Made by a program: the position numbers and the translations under genes
Notes under the pieces: model-generated
What the model was told of the DNA's origin: nothing
The model's database searches: none
What the model saw: only the letters and a program-made list of their open reading frames with translations
DNA from: an uncultured Dehalococcoidia bacterium
Lineage (GTDB): Bacteria; Chloroflexota; Dehalococcoidia; Lucifugimonadales; UBA3495
DNA length: 64,000 bases
Assembly: GCA_950072105.1 (NCBI GenBank)
Contig: CATMOE010000007.1
Location: 23,898 to 87,897, forward strand
Direction: 5' to 3'
In this document: piece after piece, positions 29,126 to 38,646 of the stretch
Layout: every line of letters begins with the position of its first letter
How positions within the stretch are numbered: the first letter of the stretch is position 1

Positions 29126-29751
29126 ATGCGAATTCACAACACCATTACAAAGGCGTATCGAGCCATCCCCGGTACGATGCTGTTGGTAGCAGCGGTGTTG
29201 GTAAGTTTAATCATCGCCATCTCCGCATCCGCCGGCCCCATCTCCGTGGCCTCCGCCGGCCAAGAGAAGGTGACTGTGTGCCACTTGCCGGGAACCCCTG
29301 CGGAGGTGACTTTGGAGATACCGGTCCCCGCGGTCCCCGCACACATGGCACACGGGGACGCTGTGGGCGCGTGTCCAGATGGTCAACAGGCCTCGGGGTG
29401 CAGCGACCTCAACGCAGTGGTGCCGGCCGCCCACGTCCCAGGGCAAAACTATGCCTTCTCCGTAATCGGTCTACAGTTCAACCCCGGGGAGAAAATTCAT
29501 GCGGATATAACCGTGGAGGTCCCGAGTGGAGGGGCCATCACTTTGGTGAAAGTGACAGTGTTGAACGGTACGGGTATACCTATCGCGGGAGCGAGCAGGC
29601 AGGTGCTGAGCGGCCCAATCACCGTAATGGTCGACCACGTGGTCGTCGCGGGTGACGACACGGACGGGTACGATTCTTCACCGCGCAGTCCATTACCAAA
29701 CCACGGAATCAGATCGTGACAGGGGTAAAGATCAGTTGTAGTCCTGCGTGA
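29126..29751 (+). pseudogene. Secreted protein with KVTVCH..AHMAHGD..GAC domain; probable frameshift near 29667
   Basis: Signal peptide and RBS; one extra G in gacggg(g)tacga gives a C-terminus VRFFTAQ..VKISCSPA* at 29751 (uncorrected stop at 29719). Confidence 0.55.
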
Positions 29752-30288
29752 CCAGATGGGGATCGCCACCACGAAAGGCCGTGCCGCATTCCCGGCCCAA
29801 GGTGCTGCCCGGAGCCAAGACACCTTGTCCGACTGGGGCGCGGGTCACGAATGGGGCCTCTGCCGGGGGGAGCCTGCCCCCGCACCCGGGAATCATCAAG
29901 GGAGGGTAGGGGCCGTGCGCTGTAGCCGTGAGGTCGGGAGCGAATCGGGGGGGAGGCGGCCCGGCCGCCGACCCAGCCCCAAGGTCCGCTCATCTCGTTA
30001 GACGGTTCCCAGAATTTATGCAGAGAGCATCAAACCCCCCAGCAGGTATTGAGCCACTTTCAAGCACTTCTACACCAAGGGGCACTCCGGCTCTAACCCA
30101 TCTCCACCAGAGTCGTACGTATTCCCCGATGCGGATCGCACCCACACCTTGCTCATAAAGCCGGTCATACGGTTTGAAGAGAGAGTTTCGTCTGACGGGG
30201 TAGAGAGGGACAAGCCCATCTTGGTAGCGTTGGGCGATCCCCCTTTTACTCGGTTAGCTCAACGAACCTTACGTTAGATCAGGCAGTC

Positions 30289-30525
30289 CTATCCGGCAGG
30301 GTTCCCTTCATCAACATGCTGTTGCGCGATTTCTCTCAAGGCGTCCATGTTCGCATCTAACCACGCTGGTAAGGCGGCTGGTGGAGGTTCCTCTCTGTTG
30401 GCTATACTCCGTAAATAATGTCGATAAATGGCAGCGAAGGTGCCTGGAATCGGATCTTGGCTGACTGCTTTTTGCCCTCTCAACTGGTGATGCTCTCTTG
30501 AATGCACCCGCGCCAACTCCAGCAC
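30289..30525 (-). pseudogene. Probable C-terminal gene fragment, function unknown
   Basis: Protein-like 78 aa ORF whose frame runs upstream into a REP. Confidence 0.35.
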
Positions 30526-30551
30526 TTCTGTGGATGTGGGAAGGCGGAACC

Positions 30552-30648
30552 CAGATTTCTCTCTTTCCGCCGAAGGATCGGAATGATAAAGGCTAGGGTC
30601 GGCTTGACGGTTGGGTCGGCATGACAGTTGGGGCGGCCGGAATGACAG
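30552..30648. repeat. Right half(s) of a family D REP
   Basis: AGATTTCTCTCTTTCCGCCGAAGGATCGGAATGATA plus further GCATGACA/GGAATGACA ends. Confidence 0.65.
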
Positions 30649-30706
30649 TGGCCGCTTTTACCTAAATCAAGCGCTGGCAAGTCCCGCAATAATCATTGAA
30701 CGTGCA

Positions 30707-31249
30707 CTAGAAAAAGTTGCTCAGGTTTTTTGCCAGAAGGACGTTTTGGTCGAAGACGATTTTCCGGCTGGCTATCTTCCAGGCCCCGTCCACGTTGCGC
30801 AGCACGTCTTCCCGGCTGCCCACGTAGAAATTCTCCTCGGTCTCCGCCCTGGTCCGGTACATGATGAAGTTCGAGTAGACCTTGATCTCAGACTCCCGCT
30901 CCCCTGGCTCTACCTCAACGTTGGAGATGAAGTGCCGGGTCCGGGACGGCGGGTCTTCAGCCCAGGCCATCCCCGTGTCCAACCGGTCTACCCGCCGGCT
31001 CAAGGAGTCCTTGTCCTCGTCCATGAACGCCAGATCGCCCTCTTTGGACACGTCTTCTTCCTCGTAGCGGGAGCCGTCCAGGATGGAGATCGACTTGCTA
31101 GTGGCGGCGTAGCGGTTGGAGCGCATGGGTATCCAGTAGCGGATGTCGTCGGTCAACAACTCCAACCATTGATGGAACTGCCGGTTGTCCAGGAGCCGGG
31201 CCTCACGATACAAGAATTGTTCCACTTGGCGAAGCACATCGTCGAGCAT
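30707..31249 (-). CDS. Aromatic-ring-hydroxylating dioxygenase beta subunit (HcaF/BphA2-like)
   Basis: EQFLYREARLLD, YWIP, WAEDPPSRTRH, NLSNFF. Confidence 0.92.
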   Translation of the reverse strand: MLDDVLRQVEQFLYREARLLDNRQFHQWLELLTDDIRYWIPMRSNRYAATSKSISILDGSRYEEEDVSKEGDLAFMDEDKDSLSRRVDRLDTGMAWAEDPPSRTRHFISNVEVEPGERESEIKVYSNFIMYRTRAETEENFYVGSREDVLRNVDGAWKIASRKIVFDQNVLLAKNLSNFF

Positions 31250-31289
31250 GACTTACCACTTCCTTACAGAAATCAGTACTGCCACTCCA

Positions 31290-31354
31290 GCTCGTGGTGA
31301 GCCTGTCTAACCATCCTTCGAGGGAACGCCCTTCGACAAGCTCAGGGCGAACGG
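31290..31354. repeat. REP-like repeat family A
   Basis: CTCGTGGTGAGCCTGTCTAACC..CCCTTCGACAAGCTCAGGGCGAACGG. Confidence 0.85.
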
Positions 31355-31373
31355 GTGGCCGTAACATGGATAT

Positions 31374-31580
31374 CTAGATCTTGGTACTAACCGGAGGTCC
31401 TTGAAGGTCTGTCCAGCTTTCGGCGGCCATGAGTTGGTCCCTACGACGGTCGAAGCTCCGATGGTTGCTCTCGCTGATCTTGAAGTCGCTGGCCCAGGCG
31501 TTGAGGTCTGGGTCGAAGCCTTCGTGGCGGCTGAGCAGTCCCTGGTCGGCTTCCACCAGTCCCTTAACGTCGATAGCCAC
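31374..31580 (-). pseudogene. Ring-hydroxylating dioxygenase alpha subunit with a large in-frame internal deletion
   Basis: N-terminal ..LVEADQGLLSR is fused directly to C-terminal HEGFD..SESNHRSFDRR..LMAAESW; it lies upstream of the beta subunit. Confidence 0.75.
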
Positions 31581-31598
31581 GGCTCTCCTCCTTAACGA

Positions 31599-31636
31599 AA
31601 TCCCCCTGAATCCCCCTTTACGAAAGGGGGACTTTC
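31599..31636. repeat. REP-like repeat family C
   Basis: AATCCCCCTGAATCCCCCTTTACGAAAGGGGGACTTT. Confidence 0.7.
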
Positions 31637-31700
31637 TTATGGGCCTTGATGATTGCCGAAGTATCGTTGCATGGACCAGGTTTGATGGCCCAGCTCAGCT

Positions 31701-32660
31701 CTAAAGATGGTGGCTGCTGGGGTGGAACAGGTCTTCAACTTCAAGGCGGCTGTCGATCAAACCCTGGTCGAGTTCGTACTGGATGAACCGCTCCAGGTTG
31801 CTCCGGTTTTGCTCCAGCCCGTTGGGCCAAGGGTCGCCGCCCATGATTAACTGCTCTTCTTGGGCCAGTTGAGGCGCCCAAGCTAGGCTGCTCCAGTTGG
31901 GGTCGTCGTAGAAGCGGCAGGCCATTTCCTTGGCTTGCTCAAAGGCGTTAAATAGGGCGCTGGCAGCCTCGGGGTGCTGATCGGCAACCTCTTTTTTTAT
32001 GGCCACCAGGTGCATGATGGGGTAAAACCCGTTGCGTTGGAAATAGAAAATCTCTTCGGCCCGGGAGTCCTGAAAAAGCCGGGAAACTTCGGGCGCTCCG
32101 GCGACGAAGGGGCGGGGCATTCTGGGCACCATATAGGCATCGATCTCGCCTTCCACCAGCATCTCTTCGATGTCGCTGCCTAGCGGAGCCCGTTCTATGG
32201 AAACGCCGGCGGGCGGCTGGAAAGATACGGGTTCGCCAGTACTGGTTACCCAGTTAACTTGGTCCAATGGAACGCCGTATTCGTGCTGCAAGTCTCCCTT
32301 GGCCAGCACCGACAGGGTGGTCTGGAAACTGCGCAGGCCCACCCGCTTGCCGATAAGGTCCTGAGGCACGTTGATACCGGCGGCGGTATTTACGTACATC
32401 TGCGACTGGCTGAACAGGCGGCGCGGAAACACCGGGATGGCGGTGAGGGGAGCGCCCCGGGTGATCGCCATGATGTAGGAGGATAGGGAAAGCTCGGCGC
32501 AGTCCCACTCCAACCCGTCCAGCATCCGCTCGTGCCGGCCCGATTCCACGGTGACGTGCCGCACTTCAAGCTGGATACCCTCGGCGGTCACCGACCGGTC
32601 CAGCAGGGGAAGGTGGCGGTCGTAATGTTCCACCGCCAGAGTCAGCTTGGGTTCGGGCAT
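31701..32660 (-). CDS. 4,5-dihydroxyphthalate decarboxylase-like (PBP2 fold) protein
   Basis: YDRH, ELSLSSY, AIPVFP, YPIMHLVAIK, DPWPNG. Confidence 0.8.
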   Translation of the reverse strand: MPEPKLTLAVEHYDRHLPLLDRSVTAEGIQLEVRHVTVESGRHERMLDGLEWDCAELSLSSYIMAITRGAPLTAIPVFPRRLFSQSQMYVNTAAGINVPQDLIGKRVGLRSFQTTLSVLAKGDLQHEYGVPLDQVNWVTSTGEPVSFQPPAGVSIERAPLGSDIEEMLVEGEIDAYMVPRMPRPFVAGAPEVSRLFQDSRAEEIFYFQRNGFYPIMHLVAIKKEVADQHPEAASALFNAFEQAKEMACRFYDDPNWSSLAWAPQLAQEEQLIMGGDPWPNGLEQNRSNLERFIQYELDQGLIDSRLEVEDLFHPSSHHL

Positions 32661-32762
32661 CGATGGTTCTCCTTAATCTCGTTGGAAGGGGATACGCAGG
32701 CTTATTTTAAACGGTGTGCCGGCGCTCCACCGGATGGCTCCTATAACGGACGTCCTGCCTGC

Positions 32763-33134
32763 TTATTCGGGAAATAAAAGCTGCAGGCGATGCCCGTCGG
32801 GGTCGTCGAAGTAGATGCAGTGATCGTCGCCGGGGCGGCCGGACACAGAAGTGCCATTGCTTTCCATGTATGCCTTCACTTCTTCGTAGGTACCCGACTC
32901 CAGTCGCAGCGCCATGTGGTTCATGTCGTCGCCCGGCTTGATCTCGGTGCCTTCGGCAACTTGGAACAAGGCGACCATTTGCCCGGCGCCGCACCAGAGA
33001 AAGGCACGGGTGGCGTCTTCGTGGTTGACGGTCATCCCCAGCACGTCTAGGTAGAATCTGCGCGACTTGGCCAAGTCCTTAACGTGCAACACCGTGTGGT
33101 CGATGCCTTTGGTCTTGAGCTTGGTCTCTAGCAT
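32763..33134 (-). CDS. VOC/glyoxalase family protein
   Basis: GIDHTVL, NHMAL, IYFDDPDGHRLQL; ATG 33134 with GGGAGG RBS. Confidence 0.88.
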   Translation of the reverse strand: MLETKLKTKGIDHTVLHVKDLAKSRRFYLDVLGMTVNHEDATRAFLWCGAGQMVALFQVAEGTEIKPGDDMNHMALRLESGTYEEVKAYMESNGTSVSGRPGDDHCIYFDDPDGHRLQLLFPE

Positions 33135-33354
33135 TGTCCGCCTCCCGCATTTAGTGATTAGGTTGGATCGGCCATTGGCAACACCTGGATGTTGCGGCAT
33201 GGAGCCGTGGCGGGCGAGACCAGGACGCCCGAATATCCCGGTTAGTATCACATCGCCGGAGCACCGTCAAGCGGTCCGGCGAAGAGCAGGCGCGGCAGTT
33301 CGGTACCCGCCGTCGTAAAAGACATCCTACGATTCGAGCTGGTTCAGTCCCTTT

Positions 33355-34593
33355 TCAGAAGGCCACCGGCAGGGAAATCAGGCTGCGGAACGACGGGTTG
33401 TAACGCCATTCAATCTCGTCGCCGTTCAGCCGTAGGCCGGGCCAACGCTGCACAACGGCGTTGATGGTGATCTGCCCCTCAACGCGGGCGAGGGCGGAGC
33501 CTAGACAGAAGTGAGAGCCGAACCCAAATGACAGGTGGCGGTTGTCTTCTCGGGTAATGTCCAACCGGTCTGGGTCTGAGAACCGCTCTGGGTCCCGGTT
33601 CGCGGCGCCCACGATCATGGCGACCCGCTGGCCCTTGTCGATGCTCTGCCCGCCCAACTCCATGTCCTCCATGGCGATTCTTGCCGCGGATTGGATCGGG
33701 GAGTCGTAGAGTAAGAACTCCTCTATAGCGGTTTCTATCATTCCAGGATCGGCCTGCAATCTCTCTAGTTGGTCCCGGTTCTGCAGTAGGGCCAGCAGGC
33801 CGTTGCCGATAAGGTTGGTGGTGGTCTCGTGGCCGGCTATCATCAGCAAGATACACATGGAATATAGCTCGGCCTCGCTGAATTTGTCGCCCTCTTCCTC
33901 GGCAGCCACGAATGCGGATAGCAGGTCCTCTTGGGGCTCCAGACGGCGCTGAGATATGATTTCTCTGAGGTAGTCCGACAGCGCCAGCACGCTGTTTAGG
34001 GCTGATTCCGCCGTCTCGGCAACCATACGAATATTGCCCAGGAAAGCCGCCAGGGCGCTGCTCCATATCTTAAATTGCTCCCGGTCGGCGGCAGGCACCC
34101 CCAACATCTCGGAAATGACGATGGCCGGCAAAGGATTGGCCAGGTCTTGTATCACATCAAACCGGCCATCTTGCCGGCCGTCTTTTTCAATGCCATCCAG
34201 CAGCTCATCAGTCGTGGCCTGCATGCTGGACCGCATCCGTTCGACTACCCTCAGGGTGAACGCTTTGTTGGCCAACTTTCGGAGACGCGTGTGGTCAGGA
34301 GGATCGGACATCAACATCATATCCGAGAATATCTGGGTCAAAGGCTGGATCTTCTCAGCGGCATCCTCCGAAAGCCGTCCACTGAAAGCGCTGATCTGGG
34401 CCGAGGAGAGGCGCTGGTCACGGAACGCGGCTAGGACGTCGGTGTAACGGGTGAGTATCCAGCAGTTGATCCCTGCATTCCAATGTACCGGGTCCTCTTC
34501 CCGAAGCTGTTGATAACGTGGATAGGGGTTGGCGACGGTGGCGGGGTCCAGTTGTGAGGGTTCGCTCGTAACGGGCAGGCGTTGTTGTGCCAT
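33355..34593 (-). CDS. Cytochrome P450
   Basis: DPPDHTRLR, AGHETT, HLSFGFGSHFCLG (heme Cys). Confidence 0.95.
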   Translation of the reverse strand: MAQQRLPVTSEPSQLDPATVANPYPRYQQLREEDPVHWNAGINCWILTRYTDVLAAFRDQRLSSAQISAFSGRLSEDAAEKIQPLTQIFSDMMLMSDPPDHTRLRKLANKAFTLRVVERMRSSMQATTDELLDGIEKDGRQDGRFDVIQDLANPLPAIVISEMLGVPAADREQFKIWSSALAAFLGNIRMVAETAESALNSVLALSDYLREIISQRRLEPQEDLLSAFVAAEEEGDKFSEAELYSMCILLMIAGHETTTNLIGNGLLALLQNRDQLERLQADPGMIETAIEEFLLYDSPIQSAARIAMEDMELGGQSIDKGQRVAMIVGAANRDPERFSDPDRLDITREDNRHLSFGFGSHFCLGSALARVEGQITINAVVQRWPGLRLNGDEIEWRYNPSFRSLISLPVAF

Positions 34594-34736
34594 CAGTCCT
34601 TCCTCCTAACTTCCGTGATTATCCCGATCTGCCGTTGTATTCGCTCGCTGGGCATGACGGAGGAATAGTACGTCTGCCAGGAGTGATTGTCTACTACGCG
34701 ATCGTACTTAATACGGGGAAATCGCCGTATCGAAAA

Positions 34737-35204
34737 TCAGATAATTGCGGGGTCCCAGTTCCAATCTACGGAAATCGACAGGGGCGTACATCCCAATGCC
34801 GTCATTCCCTGGACCGCCGCATTCTCCAAAGACGATTGTTCTGGGCTGTGGAACAAGTGTCCCGGACAGCGGCAATCACTGGAACCGAACCGAGAAATCA
34901 CTTGGCATCGTTGTTCCAGGCGGTGGGCCAGGGGACACTCCAACGAATCATCCGTATAGCCTATGACCGCGGCAGTGGGCTGTCCCAAGGGTAATAGGTA
35001 GTCAAGATGCCAGTGCGGGCGGTCGTGGGACCGCAGATGCCGGCGGACTCGCGCTTCTACTCCAGACTTTCCGGAGCCAACGTAGGCGTACCAGCCGGCT
35101 TGGAAAACAAGCTCACCCAGCCGTCCTACGGCCACCGCTACGTCACTGGACAGTTGGAAGATCAGGACGTAGATTCCTGGATTCCTTTTCTTGGTTTGAG
35201 TCAT
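34737..35204 (-). CDS. GIY-YIG (DUF123/Uri-type) nuclease family protein
   Basis: GIYVL..YAYVGS, RVRRH, HWHLDYL, FGSSDCRCPGHLF. Confidence 0.85.
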   Translation of the reverse strand: MTQTKKRNPGIYVLIFQLSSDVAVAVGRLGELVFQAGWYAYVGSGKSGVEARVRRHLRSHDRPHWHLDYLLPLGQPTAAVIGYTDDSLECPLAHRLEQRCQVISRFGSSDCRCPGHLFHSPEQSSLENAAVQGMTALGCTPLSISVDWNWDPAII

Positions 35205-35317
35205 ACCACCGCCGAGGTCTACCCACTCCCATTGCCGGTCCCATTATATGGCCTCCATGCGCTGGCACGGGAGTGCGTAGCGGGATAAGATATGGCCCAA
35301 GACTAAGGAGGCGGCAA

Positions 35318-36328
35318 ATGACCACACCGGAATCACAACTCATCGATACCCACGCGCACATCGTTCCACCCAGCCTGGTGGCCGAGGCGAGGACCAGCGG
35401 CAAGAGCCTGGGGGTGACGGTGGAGGATACCGATCGGGGGCCCGCGTTGCAGTTCGATGGGTTGGTCCCACTGCGTCCTTTGGGTGGCCTGGCCCAGGTG
35501 GAACCGCGTCTGGCGTGGATGGCTGAGCAAGGCCTGGATCTGCAGATCCTCGCCTCTTGGCTGGACATCCACGGTTACACTCTTTCCCCCGATAACGCCG
35601 CCACGTGGGCTAGGCTGTTCAACGAGCACTTAGCCGAGTTGATCGCTTCCCATGAAGGCACGTTTCGTGGTCTGGCCACGGTGCCGATACAGGACGGAAC
35701 CATGGCGGCCAAGGAATTGGAATACGCGGTGAAGGAGCTGGGCATGCTGGGCACCATGGTGTCCGCCGACCCGGTAGGACACGACCTGTCGCAAGACAGC
35801 TACGAGCCGCTGTGGGCGGCGGCGGAAAGCCTAGGCGTGCCGGTGGTGCTTCACCCCGCTACCCACGGGTTCGGCGGCGGCATAACGCCCAACTTCCTGA
35901 CTTTCAGCTTGGGGCGCACCCTGGACACCACCATAACCGCGGCAAAGCTGATCCTTGGAGGCCTGTTCGATCGCCATCCCCGGCTGAAGATGGTGCTGGT
36001 CCACGGCGGCGGGTTCCTCCCTTACCAAGCCGCCCGCATCGACAGCGGATACCGTACCGGTTCGGGACGCCCCGTTGAATTGCAGCGGGACAAGCCGTCG
36101 GATTACTTGCCGCTGCTTTACTACGACACCGTGAATATGTCGCCGGACTCGATAAGCATGATGCGGAATGTGGCCGGGGCCGATCACATCATGCTGGGGT
36201 CGGATTACGTCTTCTCGGGTACTACGGAATCGCTGACGGAACCGGTGCGAGAGGCCGGGTTGGAGCCGGCGGAGTTCCAGTTGATCTGTTGTGGCAGCGC
36301 CCGGCGCTTGTTCTTCAAAGAAGATTAG
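35318..36328 (+). CDS. Amidohydrolase family 2 (ACMSD-like decarboxylase/hydratase)
   Basis: IDTHAH, VVLHP, VHGGGFLP, LGSDY. Confidence 0.88.
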   Translation: MTTPESQLIDTHAHIVPPSLVAEARTSGKSLGVTVEDTDRGPALQFDGLVPLRPLGGLAQVEPRLAWMAEQGLDLQILASWLDIHGYTLSPDNAATWARLFNEHLAELIASHEGTFRGLATVPIQDGTMAAKELEYAVKELGMLGTMVSADPVGHDLSQDSYEPLWAAAESLGVPVVLHPATHGFGGGITPNFLTFSLGRTLDTTITAAKLILGGLFDRHPRLKMVLVHGGGFLPYQAARIDSGYRTGSGRPVELQRDKPSDYLPLLYYDTVNMSPDSISMMRNVAGADHIMLGSDYVFSGTTESLTEPVREAGLEPAEFQLICCGSARRLFFKED

Positions 36329-36475
36329 CTTCGGACTGGCGATATTTTCGTTGATATTCCGGTAGGGCGCACCTATACTTGCCGATAATCGAGGACCCGC
36401 TGTCCCTTGGCTATTGCCAGAGGCCACCGGACTGCTGGAAAGTTCAAAGGCGCAATAGCTAAAAAGGAGGACCGG

Positions 36476-38566
36476 GTGGCCCGTTCCCCTCGTGGCAAAC
36501 GAAGCTCTTCCGGCTCTGGCGCCGAGGGTAAGGCTCGCCCAGTGCGGCGGGGCTTGGTCCTGGACGGGTTGGCCGTGGTGACCGTCGTCTTGGCCCTGGC
36601 CATCACGATGGTGGTGAGCGCCGACGCCCGGTTATGGGCCCTTGAGTCCTTGGGTTACGGCTGGATCCCGGCGGGTCTGTGGCTTGGTTCGGTTGTCTAT
36701 GGATTGCGGTACCACATCCGGTCGTTCCGCCGGCTGTGGCAATGGTGGGTGTTGGCCGCCGGCGGGGCCGCCATCGTCATCGGGGTGCTCTCCTTCTTCC
36801 ACCCTGGATTCGGCGTTTTTGCCGTGGCCGGGCTGAGCGGCAAGTGGGGAACCGTACTGGGAGGCTCGCCCCTTTTCCTGGGTATCGCCAAATTACTGGC
36901 CATCGCGATTTTGACGCCGGTGGTGGTGTTTCCACGGAGGGTTGGCCCCTTCTACGCCAGGGGATTTGAAGGGGTAGGCCAAGGCGTCCGGACCGTGGCT
37001 GAAAACCCTCAGATCAGACGGGGAATAAGTTCGTTGACGGATCGGTTAAGGTCTCGAACAAAGAGCCCCCAGGAACCGAGCGTATCTGAGGCTTCCCCAG
37101 AGACTCCGGCCGTATCTCCCATCGTTGACCGCGAGCCTGCCAAACCGGAAGCGGTACCGGTAGGCAAGCCGGATGTCGAACCGGACGCGATCAGCGAATC
37201 CTCCATGATGGACGTATTCGTCAGCGAAGAGTTGGCCTTGTATGTCCAGCCGGCCGAAACCGATCCGGCCATGGATCCCCCTTGGTTGCTGCCAACCGCG
37301 GGTCTGCTATCTACTCCTGAGCCCGTTGAATCCAACGAAGAGGCCCTGGACGCTACCGCGCGTCTCATCGAGCAAACTCTGGCCAGCCACGGGGTGAACG
37401 TGACGGTTGCCGATACCCAGGCCGGTCCCCGGCTGATCCGTTTCGGTCTGGACCCGGGCTGGCTTACCGAAGACAAGGACGGACCGGAAGGCGATCGAGG
37501 GGGTGGGACCAGAGTTAGGGTCCAAAGCATCGTGGCCCGGCAGAACGACCTGGCCCTGGCTCTCAAGACGCCTTCGATAAGGATCCAGCCGACGATACCA
37601 GGAGAGGCTTTGGTAGGCCTGGAGGTTCCGTCTCCCACTCCCAGGAGGGTCGGCCTCAAAGAGATGGTCGAGTCCGAGGCTTTTACCGACTGCGCCGCGA
37701 AGGGAGGTCTGCCCATCGCCATCGGCCAGGACATCGCCGGCGAGCCTGAAGTGCTGGACCTGGCCGGACTACCCCATCTGCTCATCGCGGGAGCCACCGG
37801 CACGGGCAAGAGTGTCTGTCTCAACAGTATCGTCGCGTCCCTGCTGGTGGCAAAGTCACCCGATGAACTTCGCCTATTGATGGTCGATCCTAAGGGCGTG
37901 GAACTAACTCCCTTCGACGGTCTTCCTCACCTGGCTGCTCCCACTGTCCAGGAATTTAAGGGATTCACCGAATCGCTGACAGGGCTATTGAATCTGATGC
38001 AGCAACGGTACGCCAGATTGGGGCAGGCCGGGGTACGCAACATCGCCGGCTACAACGCCACCGCCCAGCGAAGGATGCCCTACGTTGTTTTGGTGGTCGA
38101 CGAGCTGGCCGAATTGATGCTGGCCGGGGGCCGCGAATCCGAAGCGAATCTTGTGCGGTTGGCCCAGATGGGGAGGGCTACGGGGATACACTTAGTGCTG
38201 GCCACTCAGAGGCCGACCGTGGACGTAGTCACCGGCTTGTTAAAAGCCAACATCGCCACCCGCATCGCTTTTACCGTAGCGTCGCAGACCGACTCCAGGG
38301 TCATATTAGACGTGTCGGGCGCCGAAGACTTGCTTGGAAGGGGCGACATGCTCCTTCTGGAGAACCAGTCCCCCCAACCCCGGCGGGTGCAAGGCGTTTT
38401 TGTGGACGATGGCGAGCTTTCCCGGTTGGTGGAATTTTGGCGAGACCCAAGCCAGTCCCGCCCGCCGGTTCTCGAATCAGAGACTGATAATGAAGAGCTT
38501 GGCAGTGAAGCGGTTGTGGAAGAAGAGAACGTCGATGAAGAAGTTGGCGACTCGGGGACTGAATGA
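36476..38566 (+). CDS. ftsK: FtsK/SpoIIIE DNA translocase paralogue lacking the gamma domain
   Basis: N-terminal TM region, alpha domain, PHLLIAGATGTGKS, VVDELAELM, LATQRP, GAEDLLGRGDML; GTG 36476 follows an AGGAGG RBS. Confidence 0.85.
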   Translation: MARSPRGKRSSSGSGAEGKARPVRRGLVLDGLAVVTVVLALAITMVVSADARLWALESLGYGWIPAGLWLGSVVYGLRYHIRSFRRLWQWWVLAAGGAAIVIGVLSFFHPGFGVFAVAGLSGKWGTVLGGSPLFLGIAKLLAIAILTPVVVFPRRVGPFYARGFEGVGQGVRTVAENPQIRRGISSLTDRLRSRTKSPQEPSVSEASPETPAVSPIVDREPAKPEAVPVGKPDVEPDAISESSMMDVFVSEELALYVQPAETDPAMDPPWLLPTAGLLSTPEPVESNEEALDATARLIEQTLASHGVNVTVADTQAGPRLIRFGLDPGWLTEDKDGPEGDRGGGTRVRVQSIVARQNDLALALKTPSIRIQPTIPGEALVGLEVPSPTPRRVGLKEMVESEAFTDCAAKGGLPIAIGQDIAGEPEVLDLAGLPHLLIAGATGTGKSVCLNSIVASLLVAKSPDELRLLMVDPKGVELTPFDGLPHLAAPTVQEFKGFTESLTGLLNLMQQRYARLGQAGVRNIAGYNATAQRRMPYVVLVVDELAELMLAGGRESEANLVRLAQMGRATGIHLVLATQRPTVDVVTGLLKANIATRIAFTVASQTDSRVILDVSGAEDLLGRGDMLLLENQSPQPRRVQGVFVDDGELSRLVEFWRDPSQSRPPVLESETDNEELGSEAVVEEENVDEEVGDSGTE

Positions 38567-38646
38567 TCGTGCTTTCGGGTAGGCATCGGCCTTTCGAGAC
38601 TAGCCGGAATTGACATAACAATTGTAGAGGTTTGAAGGAGAACGAA

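Noticed and set aside
29760..30000. GC-rich structured stretch as a group II intron end
   Set aside because: No domain V consensus (GAGCCG..GAAA..CACGTACGGTTC) on either strand and no RT gene
34737..35204. GIY-YIG gene as the mobiliser of the REP families
   Set aside because: It is a DUF123-type protein and is not flanked by any of the repeats
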